The translations under genes were made by a program, and so were the position numbers. From Candidatus Woesearchaeota archaeon (GTDB lineage Archaea > Nanobdellota > Nanobdellia > Woesearchaeales > JAIPIC01): a DNA stretch of 63,473 nt. The stretch's first letter is position 1; each line of letters starts with the position of its first letter. This document shows positions 26,967 to 37,230 of this stretch, piece by piece. The DNA lies in contig JAIPIC010000002.1 of NCBI GenBank assembly GCA_021734865.1, positions 1-63,473 on the forward strand, in the 5' to 3' direction. The notes under the pieces were generated by a model. It did no database searches, was not told the origin of the DNA, and saw only the letters and a list, made by a program, of their open reading frames with translations.

Positions 26967-28433
26967 ATGTCAGAATCTGAAAAACTGCTTGAAAAGTATG
27001 GCTTTAAACCAGAAGTAATGGAGCTAGCTATTAATCAATGGGGAAAGACAAGTTATCCAAGCCCCAAACGTAGATTTTGGCTTTCTCTAGAAGCATACAA
27101 CCAATCTATTGAGGATCATTATCATTGGATATATGACTATATGCTCCATGACCTTTCCTTCCCACATACTAATTTCATCAAGATTGTTGACACATCGACA
27201 GCAGCAGAGGGTTCGTCTTTTTTTGGTTCTGGCATGCAGCGTCTTGGCCTTCAGCAGGACAAGATATCTCAATTTCTGGCAACTGCTGGCAAGATGATAA
27301 AAGAGATGTTCCAGTTAGTTCGTGAATTACGGATTTTGGATGAAAGACTCAGCTATTATGAAGATAGTATGGATGCTGACAGCAAGTCAAGAAAAAGTGC
27401 TGAAATAACACTCAAAGGTATTTGGATTGACATGGTCGAGCAGGGAGGAAAGAATCCAAGCTCAGTTTATGGGATGGCGAGGGAACTTCAGTTTACAACA
27501 CTTCCAGATCTCTTTTACAATACACATCCACTTAAAGGTACGGACGTTGATAAAGTAGTCGATAAGCTTGATTTCAACCGAAAAGTAAAAGAAGTTCTTA
27601 AAAGAAAATTGAGAACTTTCCTCGAATGGAAAGAACACTCATACAGAGAGATAAAGACCAGAAGAAAGTTCACACTTAAATATCTTAGACAACATTTTGA
27701 CATTATCAGGATGTATATGGCATGGGTGAAGCCATACTTAAAGTATGTAAAGAGACTGATGATGAATGATAAGATGCTTGATGACCCTAAGCTTGTTGGA
27801 GCATTTGAGACAATGACCATTGAAGTTGAATATCTCGCATACAAATTTCCTTCAAACAAAGAAAAACCACAGAAATCACAAAATAAGAGTGTCTATTCAG
27901 TAATATTGGTCACATTCGAATTCAAGTCCCATGCTGATATGACATTCAATCAGGATGGTTACCAGCATAAAGGACCCTTGCACGTTGGATCTACTGAATT
28001 TTATGTACGAGCTTACACATGGACTAAGAAGGAGATAGATAATTACGTCAAATATCGTGAAGAAGAAGACTTTGATCTTATGGGAATAATTGACGGCACT
28101 GTTAAGGCAGCTATGGATGCCCTAGGTGATGAACTTAGGGATTATCTCATCGAAGCCGGGGAAAAGGATGAAAATATAATCCCACCAAAACAGACTGAAG
28201 AATCCCCTGAAGAGCCCGAAGAGCAGCCACCTGGAATGCTTGATCCATTATCAGCAATAGGAGATGGATTTAAAGGTATATTGGGTGCCGTGACAGGAAC
28301 AAAGAATGGTGACTCACTTCAAGGTAAATATGTTCGTAGTATAGAAGACGAAGCTGCGTGGAATCAAATTAAGAGCGAAGTATATTATATTTACAAAAAC
28401 TTCAAGAAAGGTCACAAGCTTTTTAGCTTGTAA
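26967..28433 (+). CDS. 488-aa soluble protein, no recognisable family
   Basis: AGAAGAGG RBS. Mixed alpha/beta composition with an acidic Pro-rich stretch (EESPEEPEEQPPG) near the C-terminus. Confidence 0.5.
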   Translation: MSESEKLLEKYGFKPEVMELAINQWGKTSYPSPKRRFWLSLEAYNQSIEDHYHWIYDYMLHDLSFPHTNFIKIVDTSTAAEGSSFFGSGMQRLGLQQDKISQFLATAGKMIKEMFQLVRELRILDERLSYYEDSMDADSKSRKSAEITLKGIWIDMVEQGGKNPSSVYGMARELQFTTLPDLFYNTHPLKGTDVDKVVDKLDFNRKVKEVLKRKLRTFLEWKEHSYREIKTRRKFTLKYLRQHFDIIRMYMAWVKPYLKYVKRLMMNDKMLDDPKLVGAFETMTIEVEYLAYKFPSNKEKPQKSQNKSVYSVILVTFEFKSHADMTFNQDGYQHKGPLHVGSTEFYVRAYTWTKKEIDNYVKYREEEDFDLMGIIDGTVKAAMDALGDELRDYLIEAGEKDENIIPPKQTEESPEEPEEQPPGMLDPLSAIGDGFKGILGAVTGTKNGDSLQGKYVRSIEDEAAWNQIKSEVYYIYKNFKKGHKLFSL

Positions 28434-28496
28434 CTGTAATTTCAGATTTTTTTGATTCCACAAATTTTATATTATCCTTTTTCTACAGCTCTATCT

Positions 28497-28985
28497 ATGC
28501 CTGAAAAAACTGATCCAGAATCAAAAGGGGCAAGTCCACCTAGAGAACGGGATGAATTATTGCGACTCATTCATGAAACTAAGGAGCAAAAAAAGAAAAT
28601 AGATGAACAAGAGGTGCAGTCAGACAGTGAGGCTGAACCAGATGAAGAGGATATGGTACTTTATAAACAGGCAGCCGAGGGACAAATTTCTGACTTGTCA
28701 AACCTCCTGGATACAGACACAAATGAAGCTACAATGGAAGAAAAACTTGGTGGGAGCATTCCAATTAAACAAGTTGAATACCAGTTAATAAATGACTATG
28801 AAGAATTGCGTGAGATGAGCTCAACCACTAATCTGAACACATACCAAATCCAGAGATTGGATGAAATTCAGGATAGGATGGAAAGCGCTCAGAACTATGA
28901 AGCAGTCAGCGCTACGGTCTCAAATATTATTAATACTGCCCAAAGCATTACATATAATATCAGGAAATATAATAATTTGGGTTAG
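28497..28985 (+). CDS. acidic 162-aa helical protein, no recognisable family
   Basis: ATG 28497 is preferred to the TTG at 28452. E/D/Q-rich and probably helical, directly downstream of 26967-28433. Confidence 0.45.
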   Translation: MPEKTDPESKGASPPRERDELLRLIHETKEQKKKIDEQEVQSDSEAEPDEEDMVLYKQAAEGQISDLSNLLDTDTNEATMEEKLGGSIPIKQVEYQLINDYEELREMSSTTNLNTYQIQRLDEIQDRMESAQNYEAVSATVSNIINTAQSITYNIRKYNNLG

Positions 28986-29211
28986 TCTATTTTTATGTTA
29001 AATTATTTATATGTCAATTTAATTTTTTGTTAATTTATTCATTCTATGTAATGAAATTAGCATATAAAAGATATAATTCTAAAGATAATTTATGAGATCA
29101 TTTGATAATTTATTAGATAATTAATAAGAGGATTTATAAATAAGTACTAACATTTTTATATTAGTATACTTTTTAGTATATCTTACGTAGATTAAGCTAT
29201 AACTAAATAAG

Positions 29212-31314
29212 ATGAAATTCCAATATTTTCATAATATGGACAGAGAATTTGAGCCACTGCCTTCGATACATCCTGAAGCAGAAGATGTCGGAGAAGCAGC
29301 TGACCTTGGTATTAAAGATGTTGGTATGAGTGTACCCTTTGGTATTGCTGCCCAAAATGTTGAGGGCGTCGCTGCTAAGATCCGCTCAGGTGCAGGAAAC
29401 CTTGAACTTGGATTTCCTGGTGCAGTCAGAGGAAACAGGCAAAGCCATACGCCTGGAATGTGGGGTCTTGAACAGCGTGAAGCATTGAGGGAACTCGCAA
29501 AGGCAAATGAAGTCAGATTTACTACACACGCTTCCTATGGAATACCAGGTCTTGCTGGACAGGATCAGCAGGGCAACTTCAGCGATGAGCAGAGAAAGAT
29601 GGTAGTCGACGAAGTCCGCAGAGCCATAGAATTTGCAAAGGACACCGCAGGAGGCGGTTCTGTTGTTGTACATACAGGAGAATTCACAAGACCAATCAGC
29701 GAACAGCCATGGGCAAAATCTTCAGACGAACAGTATCGATTTAAACAGTTCCATGATGAACCTGAGAGAGCAATCATTCGTCTGGTCGATAAACGTACAG
29801 GACAAGTACTCCAGCAAATCAGGAAAAACCAGGAGGTTGCCCGTGCCAGATGGATGAGGGCTGATAGAGATTATGATCATGTAGTTACAGAAGACAAAGA
29901 TTTTGTTCTAAACGGACATTCCTTGCATCAGGGAGAGAAAGTGCGAGTCAAGAAAGGACAATATATAGATTATGAAGGAAATCCAGTCAATTTGGACAAC
30001 AGGGTACCTGTATATAATAGGAAGACTGGCTGGTTTGAGATCGATGTGAACACTTGGGATGATTTTGAGAAAGAAGCAAGAGAGCTGAACGAAGAAAGAG
30101 CAAGGTCAAAAGGTATGAACTATAATCAATTCATGCGCGAAAGTGATCCAGAAGATATAATCACACCAGAAGAAGCATTCCTCCACGCAACCACAAGAAC
30201 CCAGGAGATGGTTGCAAAAGGATGGGCCGGTTCATATGCAAGAGGTCTCGATGATTCATTTGATTTGGTTGAAAGGCTCAAGAAGGCTAGAGACTTTTAC
30301 AAAGATGTGGAATCAAAACTTCCTCCTGACCAGAGATATAAAGTCAAAGAGATGGACTCTCCAATGACGCATGATCCAGTAATCAATAGATTCCTCTCTT
30401 CAGAAGACGGAGACGATAAACTGCCTTCAGAACTATTGGAAAAAGCAATAGATAAACAAAGAAAAGAACTTTGGTCTTACAAAGAGATGGTCACAGGTCA
30501 GCTTCAACAGGCAAAAGAACAACAGATACTTCGAGAAAATGTCACAACACCTGAAAAATTTGCACTTAGTAGAAGTTATGATTCATACGCAGATGCAGCG
30601 ATGTATGCAATGGACAATTCAAAAGATCCGAATAATCCGATCGTAATCACACTTGAGAATATCTTCCCTGAAAGCTATGGTGCCCATCCTGAGGAACTTC
30701 ATAACTTAATCACTAAAAGCCGTGAAAAGATGGCAGAACGGCTTCAGCAGGAAAGAGGTATAAATAAACCTTATGCAGAAAAGGTTGCTGCACAGCACAT
30801 AAAAGCGACTCTTGATACTGGTCATCTCAACATGTGGCGCAAATTTTGGCAGGAAGACAAAGACAAATCAAAGGACCAGAATAACAAGGAGTTCAACAAG
30901 TGGATGCTTGAAAATGTCGAGAAGCTTGCCAAAGACGGATATATTGGTAATGTTCATTTGACAGATAACTATGGTTACCAGGATGATCATCTTGCTCCGG
31001 GACAGGGAAATGCACCAGTAAAAGACATAACTAAAATACTTAAAAAACATGGTTATTCTGGCGCATGGACCGTAGAGCCAGGAGCTGACGCAACAACAGA
31101 TCAAGGCGATGTTCACGGTCTTATGAAGACATGGAGATATTTTGGGACACCAATATATGGTATTGATACAGCGCCAGGTGTGGGAGCACCCGATAGAAGC
31201 TTTACAGATGTATCCCATTCATATTTTGGGTATACAGCGTCACCATATTTCATACATCCTCCATACGCACCGTCAAACGACTGGTCATTATGGAGTCAAG
31301 TCCAGATGGAATAA
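29212..31314 (+). CDS. xylose-isomerase-like (AP-endonuclease-2) TIM-barrel protein split by a ~315-aa insertion
   Basis: N-terminal part NLELGFPG...FTTHASYG...RAIEFAKDTAGGGSVVVHTGEF. C-terminal part IVITLENIFPE...ATLDTGHLNMW...NVHLTDNYGYQDDHLAPGQGN...WTVEPG. Confidence 0.55.
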   Translation: MKFQYFHNMDREFEPLPSIHPEAEDVGEAADLGIKDVGMSVPFGIAAQNVEGVAAKIRSGAGNLELGFPGAVRGNRQSHTPGMWGLEQREALRELAKANEVRFTTHASYGIPGLAGQDQQGNFSDEQRKMVVDEVRRAIEFAKDTAGGGSVVVHTGEFTRPISEQPWAKSSDEQYRFKQFHDEPERAIIRLVDKRTGQVLQQIRKNQEVARARWMRADRDYDHVVTEDKDFVLNGHSLHQGEKVRVKKGQYIDYEGNPVNLDNRVPVYNRKTGWFEIDVNTWDDFEKEARELNEERARSKGMNYNQFMRESDPEDIITPEEAFLHATTRTQEMVAKGWAGSYARGLDDSFDLVERLKKARDFYKDVESKLPPDQRYKVKEMDSPMTHDPVINRFLSSEDGDDKLPSELLEKAIDKQRKELWSYKEMVTGQLQQAKEQQILRENVTTPEKFALSRSYDSYADAAMYAMDNSKDPNNPIVITLENIFPESYGAHPEELHNLITKSREKMAERLQQERGINKPYAEKVAAQHIKATLDTGHLNMWRKFWQEDKDKSKDQNNKEFNKWMLENVEKLAKDGYIGNVHLTDNYGYQDDHLAPGQGNAPVKDITKILKKHGYSGAWTVEPGADATTDQGDVHGLMKTWRYFGTPIYGIDTAPGVGAPDRSFTDVSHSYFGYTASPYFIHPPYAPSNDWSLWSQVQME

Positions 31315-31549
31315 TTACCTTCAATAGAATAATAACTTTCAATAATAAATATGCAATAATCAAACAGCGTGATAGTAATGGAAGAAGAAATGAAACGACA
31401 GATACGGATCCTGCAGATGCAGGAGAACATGTCATACCAGGAAGCTAAGAAAAGAATTGAACACAAATTCGAAGCAATTGCGCGAATTGCATAAAATTTA
31501 ACTGCATAAAATTTTGCAATTTGAAACATAGAAGTAATTCAGATATCGG

Positions 31550-32101
31550 ATGTATCTAATGCAAGACATAAATCAAATGCAAGATAAAATTAATTCCATT
31601 GAAAAAGCTTATAGACTATCAACTGATCAAATTCTAAGAGCGGGCAGGTTGCCGCTCCATTCCACCAAGAATGGTTTCTGGGGTTTTTCGCCAATACCTG
31701 ATATATATGATTTATTTGAAAGGATCAATCTAAAAAAATCGTCAAATTTCATTGACCTTGGTTCGGGTGATGGGAGGGTTGCTGCAATTGCTAGCCTATT
31801 TACAGAATCCACGGGTATTGAAACAGACCCGGATCTGTGCAATAAAGCAAGAGAAATAATTGGTCGATTATCACTCCAAGTAAGCATACTTAACCAAGAT
31901 TATCTTGAGTATGACCTATCAAAATATGATTTTTTATTTATAAATCCCGACCAGCCCTTTTCAAATGGACTTGAGAAACAACTCCTCAGGCAAATGAAAG
32001 GTACACTTATAGTATTGGAAGATAACTTTAGACCTTTGATTCTCAAGATAAAACAGACTATAGAAACACCGACCTATAAAGCCAATCTCTATAAGAAATA
32101 A
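31550..32101 (+). CDS. class I SAM-dependent methyltransferase (small)
   Basis: Motif I FIDLGSGDGRVAAIAS and acidic loop TGIETD. Confidence 0.6.
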   Translation: MYLMQDINQMQDKINSIEKAYRLSTDQILRAGRLPLHSTKNGFWGFSPIPDIYDLFERINLKKSSNFIDLGSGDGRVAAIASLFTESTGIETDPDLCNKAREIIGRLSLQVSILNQDYLEYDLSKYDFLFINPDQPFSNGLEKQLLRQMKGTLIVLEDNFRPLILKIKQTIETPTYKANLYKK

Positions 32102-32192
32102 GACCAATCTATCGATAAAAATAAATCTCAATTAAGTGTGTACTCTATAATAGTAAACAAAGTTATTAAATCTTAAAATATAGTGCCAATCA

Positions 32193-33044
32193 ATGCAGTT
32201 TGACATAAAGTCGAAGAAAAATCCTAATCTCACTAATTATCATCAGTCTGAATTAGATATTGCATATAAGTTTGCTGCAAAGGCGTACAAAGAATTTGGA
32301 GCATTTCTAAAAGCTGTAGTTCTCTTTGGCTCTACAGCCAGAAACAGACCTGCAGCTCCAGGAGAAGCCCCAGAACCTCCTCCTGATCCACGTAAGGCAG
32401 ATATAGATCTTCTAATTATTATCGACGATACACAGAATGTAATCTCTCAAGATATGATAGAAGCGTACCGCATCATAACAGAAAAGATGATAGTTACTAT
32501 ATCAAAAAGATTACATATAACAACTTTAAAATTCACATCATTTTGGGAATATGTAAGGTCTGGTGACCCAATTGCGATTAATATCTTACGGGATGGAATC
32601 CCATTGATAGACTCTGGGTTTTATGCACCATTACAAGTCTTACTATACCAAGGACGTATCAGACCAACAAAAGAGGCCATCTATTCATATTTTACAAAAG
32701 CACCTAGATCACTACTTAGCTCAAGAATGCATATTAATTCTGCAGTTCTGGATCTTTATTGGGCAGTTATCGACTCAGCTCACGCAACTCTTATGACTGC
32801 AGGAGAAATACCACCATCTCCCGCTCATGTATCTGATGCTCTCAGGAATAAGTTTGGCAATAAAATAGACAAACGGTTCCTATCAATTATGAACGAATTC
32901 TATAAAGTCTCAAAGATGATCCTTCACCGAGAAATCAAAGAGATCAAAGGAGACCATTATGAGCGTTATTATGCTGAAGCAAGAGAATTTGTTGACGAGA
33001 TGAAACGAATTATTGAAGAATACAATAAATCTCAGCATACATGA
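32193..33044 (+). CDS. nucleotidyltransferase-domain protein with C-terminal helical (HEPN/KNTase_C-like) domain
   Basis: VVLFGSTARNR ... DIDLLIIID (GS and DxD motifs) are separated by a Pro-rich insert PAAPGEAPEPPPDPRKA. The C-terminal half is helical. Confidence 0.65.
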   Translation: MQFDIKSKKNPNLTNYHQSELDIAYKFAAKAYKEFGAFLKAVVLFGSTARNRPAAPGEAPEPPPDPRKADIDLLIIIDDTQNVISQDMIEAYRIITEKMIVTISKRLHITTLKFTSFWEYVRSGDPIAINILRDGIPLIDSGFYAPLQVLLYQGRIRPTKEAIYSYFTKAPRSLLSSRMHINSAVLDLYWAVIDSAHATLMTAGEIPPSPAHVSDALRNKFGNKIDKRFLSIMNEFYKVSKMILHREIKEIKGDHYERYYAEAREFVDEMKRIIEEYNKSQHT

Positions 33045-33136
33045 AATCTTAGCATAAATGATTACATCAATATTTAGTGGTTCATAATAGCTAGTGTTTT
33101 CACAAAATTTAAAAAATACTGTACTAAAGCATTTTT

Positions 33137-33721
33137 ATGAATAGATTCTCTAATATTAAGAGTGATTTTTTGACAAAGAAAGATAAGTCAAAGAAAGGCA
33201 TGATTGATGAACAGATTAAAGAGACAGTTGAGCTAATCAACACCATGCCTGATTTCTTCACAACAAGCTCATGCTCAGGAAGAGTCATATTATTTGTTCC
33301 AGGTATGAAAAAAACTGAGTTTAAGACACTTTTTTCTTCGCATGAATCACTGTCCATAACTGCAAAAAACATTATTATTAAATCTATTCATCCAGATATC
33401 TCGCTAAGATTTGAACCGCTGATAATACATATTAGATGCAGGACAATAGAACATACAGCAAGCTTAATGCGTTCCTGTCAGAAGGATGGAGGCCTTAAAA
33501 AAACTTCAATAATATCACACGGAAGAAAAATTATACTTGAGATTCGTTCGACAGATTATCTTGAGATGCCAATAAAAACAAGTGGAGATCTGGTTATCGA
33601 TCCGAGAAAATATAGTGCTATTAAAAAATGTGTTCAGAACAAGTTCAATAAGAATAAAAAAAGAATAAAAAGGTTAAATTCTGCCCTTATCTCAGCAATC
33701 GAATCAGCATCACAAAGATAA
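33137..33721 (+). CDS. taw3: tRNA wyosine-derivative methyltransferase Taw3/TYW3
   Basis: FFTTSSCSGRV hallmark plus FEPLIIHIRC. Size is typical of archaeal Taw3. Confidence 0.75.
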   Translation: MNRFSNIKSDFLTKKDKSKKGMIDEQIKETVELINTMPDFFTTSSCSGRVILFVPGMKKTEFKTLFSSHESLSITAKNIIIKSIHPDISLRFEPLIIHIRCRTIEHTASLMRSCQKDGGLKKTSIISHGRKIILEIRSTDYLEMPIKTSGDLVIDPRKYSAIKKCVQNKFNKNKKRIKRLNSALISAIESASQR

Positions 33722-36077
33722 TTATGACTGATGCTACAATCGCCAGTACAAGTAAAACAATATATAAGTTTGAATCAAAGAATGATTCACTCAAATAGCT
33801 ACTTGCAGGCCGTGTATATTGCTGGTCATCTGATGATGTCGGTGGTACAATCACTGGAGGCGTTGTAGGATTCTGTGTTCCTGGGTTTATTACAATATCA
33901 TCATTCCCATCATCTGTTGGTGGTGGGGTGACATCCTCACAATCCCTGACTTGAACATTTATTGTTTTTGTGTCCTCAAGATTGTCTGTATCCCGATACA
34001 GTTTAATTGTAATTGGGTACGTTCCAGTTTTCAAATTGTTTGCATTGACATAATATGACTTGATAAATTCTGAGTCAGAATCGAAAGGATCTGCTGTAAG
34101 TTCGAAGAACTCTCTTACGTCAAAATCCAGATCATTACTGTATATTGTTAGCACAACTTCATCCTGATCTTCTGTTCCGAAATTATATACATCAATATCA
34201 AGATATGATGTTCTGTCACATGACAAGACAGTATTCCTCATTTCTGCTTTTTGGAATCTGACATCATTTGTTGGTTTTTCGATCTCAATTTCGAACTCAA
34301 AGGTATCGCTATGTGTACCATCGTACTCATCGTCGTCACCTTCTGCTGTTATTACAACATTATAATTTCCTTCCTCAATCTTGTATGGAACCTCAAAACT
34401 GAAGGTTTTTGTAGTATCTTTGTCTTCTTTGAGTGTAAAGTCACTCGTGTCAAGCTCGAGGTCGTCATCTCCTTCGTCTTCAAATCCTTCAACAACCAAG
34501 TCTATGACAATATTGTCAATCTCAATATCAGAATCTCTGTCAAAGTTATTTTTGACTTCAACTCTGACTTCGATGCTGTCTCCTGGATCGATATTGTCAA
34601 CAACCTCATTGTCACTGACAGTCTCTTTGTCTCCATTGACATATATCTTGACATCTGTGATCTCAAGCATACTCTCTGGAGCCATCCTAAGGCTAATCGT
34701 CTTATTTACACGGTCGCTTGTGATTGAAAGTGTTCCAACCTCATGGTCTCCACCTGTCTCCTGTGAAGGGACGAATCCACTTACTTGGAATGTTGCTTCC
34801 TGCCCAGGTGTAAGAACTGAAGGTAGACCGCTGTACGATAGATTATAAGCATCGTTCCCATTGAGTGTACCAGTTATCTGTGATATAGTGTAATCACCAG
34901 TGTTCTTGATTGTCACGTCTGAAGTGTAAGATCTGTTTCTAAGGATATTTGATCCTCCGATTGAAACATCACCTATCTCAATATCTGAGATTGCCTCTTC
35001 GACAACAACGCTAAGAGTATGTGTTGTAACATTTCCATCATATGTGACATTTAGCTGTCCTGTGTAAGTACCTGAAGTCTGGTTGCTCTGTGGAAGGCTA
35101 ACTGCAACATTGAATGTTGTAGATGCACTCTGGCCCAGATCAGATACTGCAGTTGGACTGACTGAAACATAAGTTGATGCAATTGTCTCAGTTCCATATG
35201 TTAAATCAGACACTTCCATGGAAACTGTTGAAAGATTGATATTTCCGTTATTTGTAACTTCTACATCAACATTATCAGATGTCTCAATACCTTTGGTTAT
35301 TGTAATTGAAGCGTCGCTGAACGATACAGATGAGCTCTGTTGAGCCACTGTGATTGTTAAAGGAACACTAACATTTACACCATTGGTATTTGATACGTAA
35401 AAATTACCAGTATATGTACCTACAGATTGATTGCCTGGTACAGTGATTGTAAAGTTTGAAATCTCAGTATTGTCATATGCGATATTGAGCAATGTTGACG
35501 AACTGAATGTCATAGTATCTTTTGTAATCCTAGATCCAGATTTTGTCAGATCATTAAGATCAATTATTGTTCCGATACTATCTCTGTTTCCACCATTTGT
35601 TATTTGAAATGACAATTCGTGTGCAATACCTGCAACAATATTTGCTGAAACAGATGTTGTGCTCAGTGCATCATGTGGATTTACTGTGATTGATACCGTC
35701 AGGTTTTCCTGATCTACCTGACCTAAAGTGATTAGATCTTTTGCAGTCGCTGTTATCTTTCCTGAATAGGATCCAGCAAACTGTTTTGAACCCAGAGCAA
35801 TATTGAATGTAACATTCTTTGATTCGTTGCTCTGAAGAGTTATAGCGTTTATATTACCTGTGATACTGTATGAGCCAGTGGAAAAGTTGTAATCTGTAAA
35901 CTCAACTCTGACAGCAGCATCTCCTGTGTTATTAATTATAAATGACGCAGGGATGGTCTCTGATACATTACCTGTATATACAAGAGAAGGTGTAATATAA
36001 GTAATGTCGCCTGCTGCAAATACGCTCATGGCGAATACTAAGACCATGAAGATCATGCAAGTTATGATTCTTTTCAT
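33687..36077 (-). CDS. 796-aa S-layer-like / major surface protein: beta-sandwich repeats, Thr/Pro stalk, C-terminal TM anchor
   Basis: GGGGGTAATAC RBS. Sec signal MIFMVLVFAMSVFAAG. Repeated beta-rich segments dense in N-x-S/T. PPPTDDGNDD...NPTTPPVIVPPTSS is followed by LYIVLLVLAIVASVIIIFVMLI-RLLR. Confidence 0.65.
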   Translation of the reverse strand: MKRIITCMIFMVLVFAMSVFAAGDITYITPSLVYTGNVSETIPASFIINNTGDAAVRVEFTDYNFSTGSYSITGNINAITLQSNESKNVTFNIALGSKQFAGSYSGKITATAKDLITLGQVDQENLTVSITVNPHDALSTTSVSANIVAGIAHELSFQITNGGNRDSIGTIIDLNDLTKSGSRITKDTMTFSSSTLLNIAYDNTEISNFTITVPGNQSVGTYTGNFYVSNTNGVNVSVPLTITVAQQSSSVSFSDASITITKGIETSDNVDVEVTNNGNINLSTVSMEVSDLTYGTETIASTYVSVSPTAVSDLGQSASTTFNVAVSLPQSNQTSGTYTGQLNVTYDGNVTTHTLSVVVEEAISDIEIGDVSIGGSNILRNRSYTSDVTIKNTGDYTISQITGTLNGNDAYNLSYSGLPSVLTPGQEATFQVSGFVPSQETGGDHEVGTLSITSDRVNKTISLRMAPESMLEITDVKIYVNGDKETVSDNEVVDNIDPGDSIEVRVEVKNNFDRDSDIEIDNIVIDLVVEGFEDEGDDDLELDTSDFTLKEDKDTTKTFSFEVPYKIEEGNYNVVITAEGDDDEYDGTHSDTFEFEIEIEKPTNDVRFQKAEMRNTVLSCDRTSYLDIDVYNFGTEDQDEVVLTIYSNDLDFDVREFFELTADPFDSDSEFIKSYYVNANNLKTGTYPITIKLYRDTDNLEDTKTINVQVRDCEDVTPPPTDDGNDDIVINPGTQNPTTPPVIVPPTSSDDQQYTRPASSYLSESFFDSNLYIVLLVLAIVASVIIIFVMLIRLLR

Positions 36078-36371
36078 TGTATTACCCCCAAAATGGTTGT
36101 TTATCTCTGCTTCTCGTACAGAGTATCGTCGCTGATTTCTAAAAATACCTTTTTTGAAGTATTTGTAATCACTAAGTAGTCACAAACACTATATAAATAT
36201 TACTATGCTGTGAAATATATTCTTAACTCAATATTTCTTATTGTTAAGTTACAACAGGGATTTAGTTCTGCAAGGTGGTATATAAACTTTTTGATGGTTT
36301 CAAATGAATTAGATTCTTTTTTGTATATGCCCAGAAAAGCACCAGTCTGATCCTTAAAAATCAACAAATAA

Positions 36372-36854
36372 CTATATTTTCAAATTCCAAAAGTCGTCAG
36401 AAACATAATGAATATTCCTAATAACCTTACCTTTATCCATAGATTTGATCTCATCTCCTGAGAACATTGCCATACCGATACACAGAGGTTTTTGGTGTGT
36501 TTCATCACAGACAGACACAATATCACCTTTCTCAATTCCATTGGGAAAATCAGTTATGCCTGGTCTCATAATATCTGCCCCATTGGTCACAAAACTGATT
36601 GCCTTCATATCCACAATGAATTTTGGTAAAAAATTGTTCTTTAGAATATTCTTTAGAGATGGAAAGAATATATCTCCCGACTGAATGAACAAAATATCTT
36701 CTTTAGCATAAAAAACATTAGTCACACCATTTTGTTTGTCCTGATATTTCTTAATAAGGCCTTTTTTGTCAAAAAAGTCAGCTTTCCCAAAATTGTCCTC
36801 AATATGCATATTAAGTTCCTTGATATCCTTTTTTGAGAGATTATGCATCTTCAA
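36372..36854 (-). CDS. PUA-domain RNA-binding protein (MCT-1/Tma20-like)
   Basis: C-terminal PUA motif VTNGADIMRPGI...GDIVSVCDETHQKPLCIGMAMFSGDE. Confidence 0.8.
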   Translation of the reverse strand: MKMHNLSKKDIKELNMHIEDNFGKADFFDKKGLIKKYQDKQNGVTNVFYAKEDILFIQSGDIFFPSLKNILKNNFLPKFIVDMKAISFVTNGADIMRPGITDFPNGIEKGDIVSVCDETHQKPLCIGMAMFSGDEIKSMDKGKVIRNIHYVSDDFWNLKI

Positions 36855-37230
36855 TTATCTCTACCTCCATTTTACCTGTATTCCTGAACCTATTGATAAA
36901 TTCCCTGGACAGGTCTTTTGCAGCTTTTGAAGATGATATAGCAAAAGTCCTCTCATCCCTAAAACTGCTCCGACGGATAACAGCCTCGTTTTTATTGGAG
37001 AAATCCTCACACCCGACAACTTTAATTATCTCCTCCAGACCATCACAATACATCTTTATTGTCATCTTTTTACCTTTTCTTGCTAAGTTGATCATCATAT
37101 CAGAATCAAAATCACAGCTTACTCCAATGATACAGTCCCCGTTCAAGGTAAGATGATTATCTTTAGTAAATTCAAGAGTCGACTTGTGAGTCGACAATAA
37201 GTTTTTATGAGAATACGCAAAGAATCTCAT
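36841..37230 (-). CDS. DUF371-family protein
   Basis: HKSTLEFTKDNHLTLNGDCIIGV is characteristic of archaeal DUF371. Overlaps both neighbouring genes. Confidence 0.7.
   Translation of the reverse strand: MRFFAYSHKNLLSTHKSTLEFTKDNHLTLNGDCIIGVSCDFDSDMMINLARKGKKMTIKMYCDGLEEIIKVVGCEDFSNKNEAVIRRSSFRDERTFAISSSKAAKDLSREFINRFRNTGKMEVEIIEDA

Noticed and set aside
31378-31494. 38-aa helical mini-ORF (MEEEMKRQIRILQMQENMSYQEAKKRIEHKFEAIARIA) in the 235-bp gap before the methyltransferase
   Set aside because: It has no clear RBS or recognisable family, so the evidence is insufficient. It is noted only as a candidate for Ribo-seq.
34251-34848. Two plus-strand ORFs (158 and 155 aa)
   Set aside because: They are antisense to the S-layer-like gene. 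Their Ser/Leu-rich, low-complexity sequences are typical of shadows.
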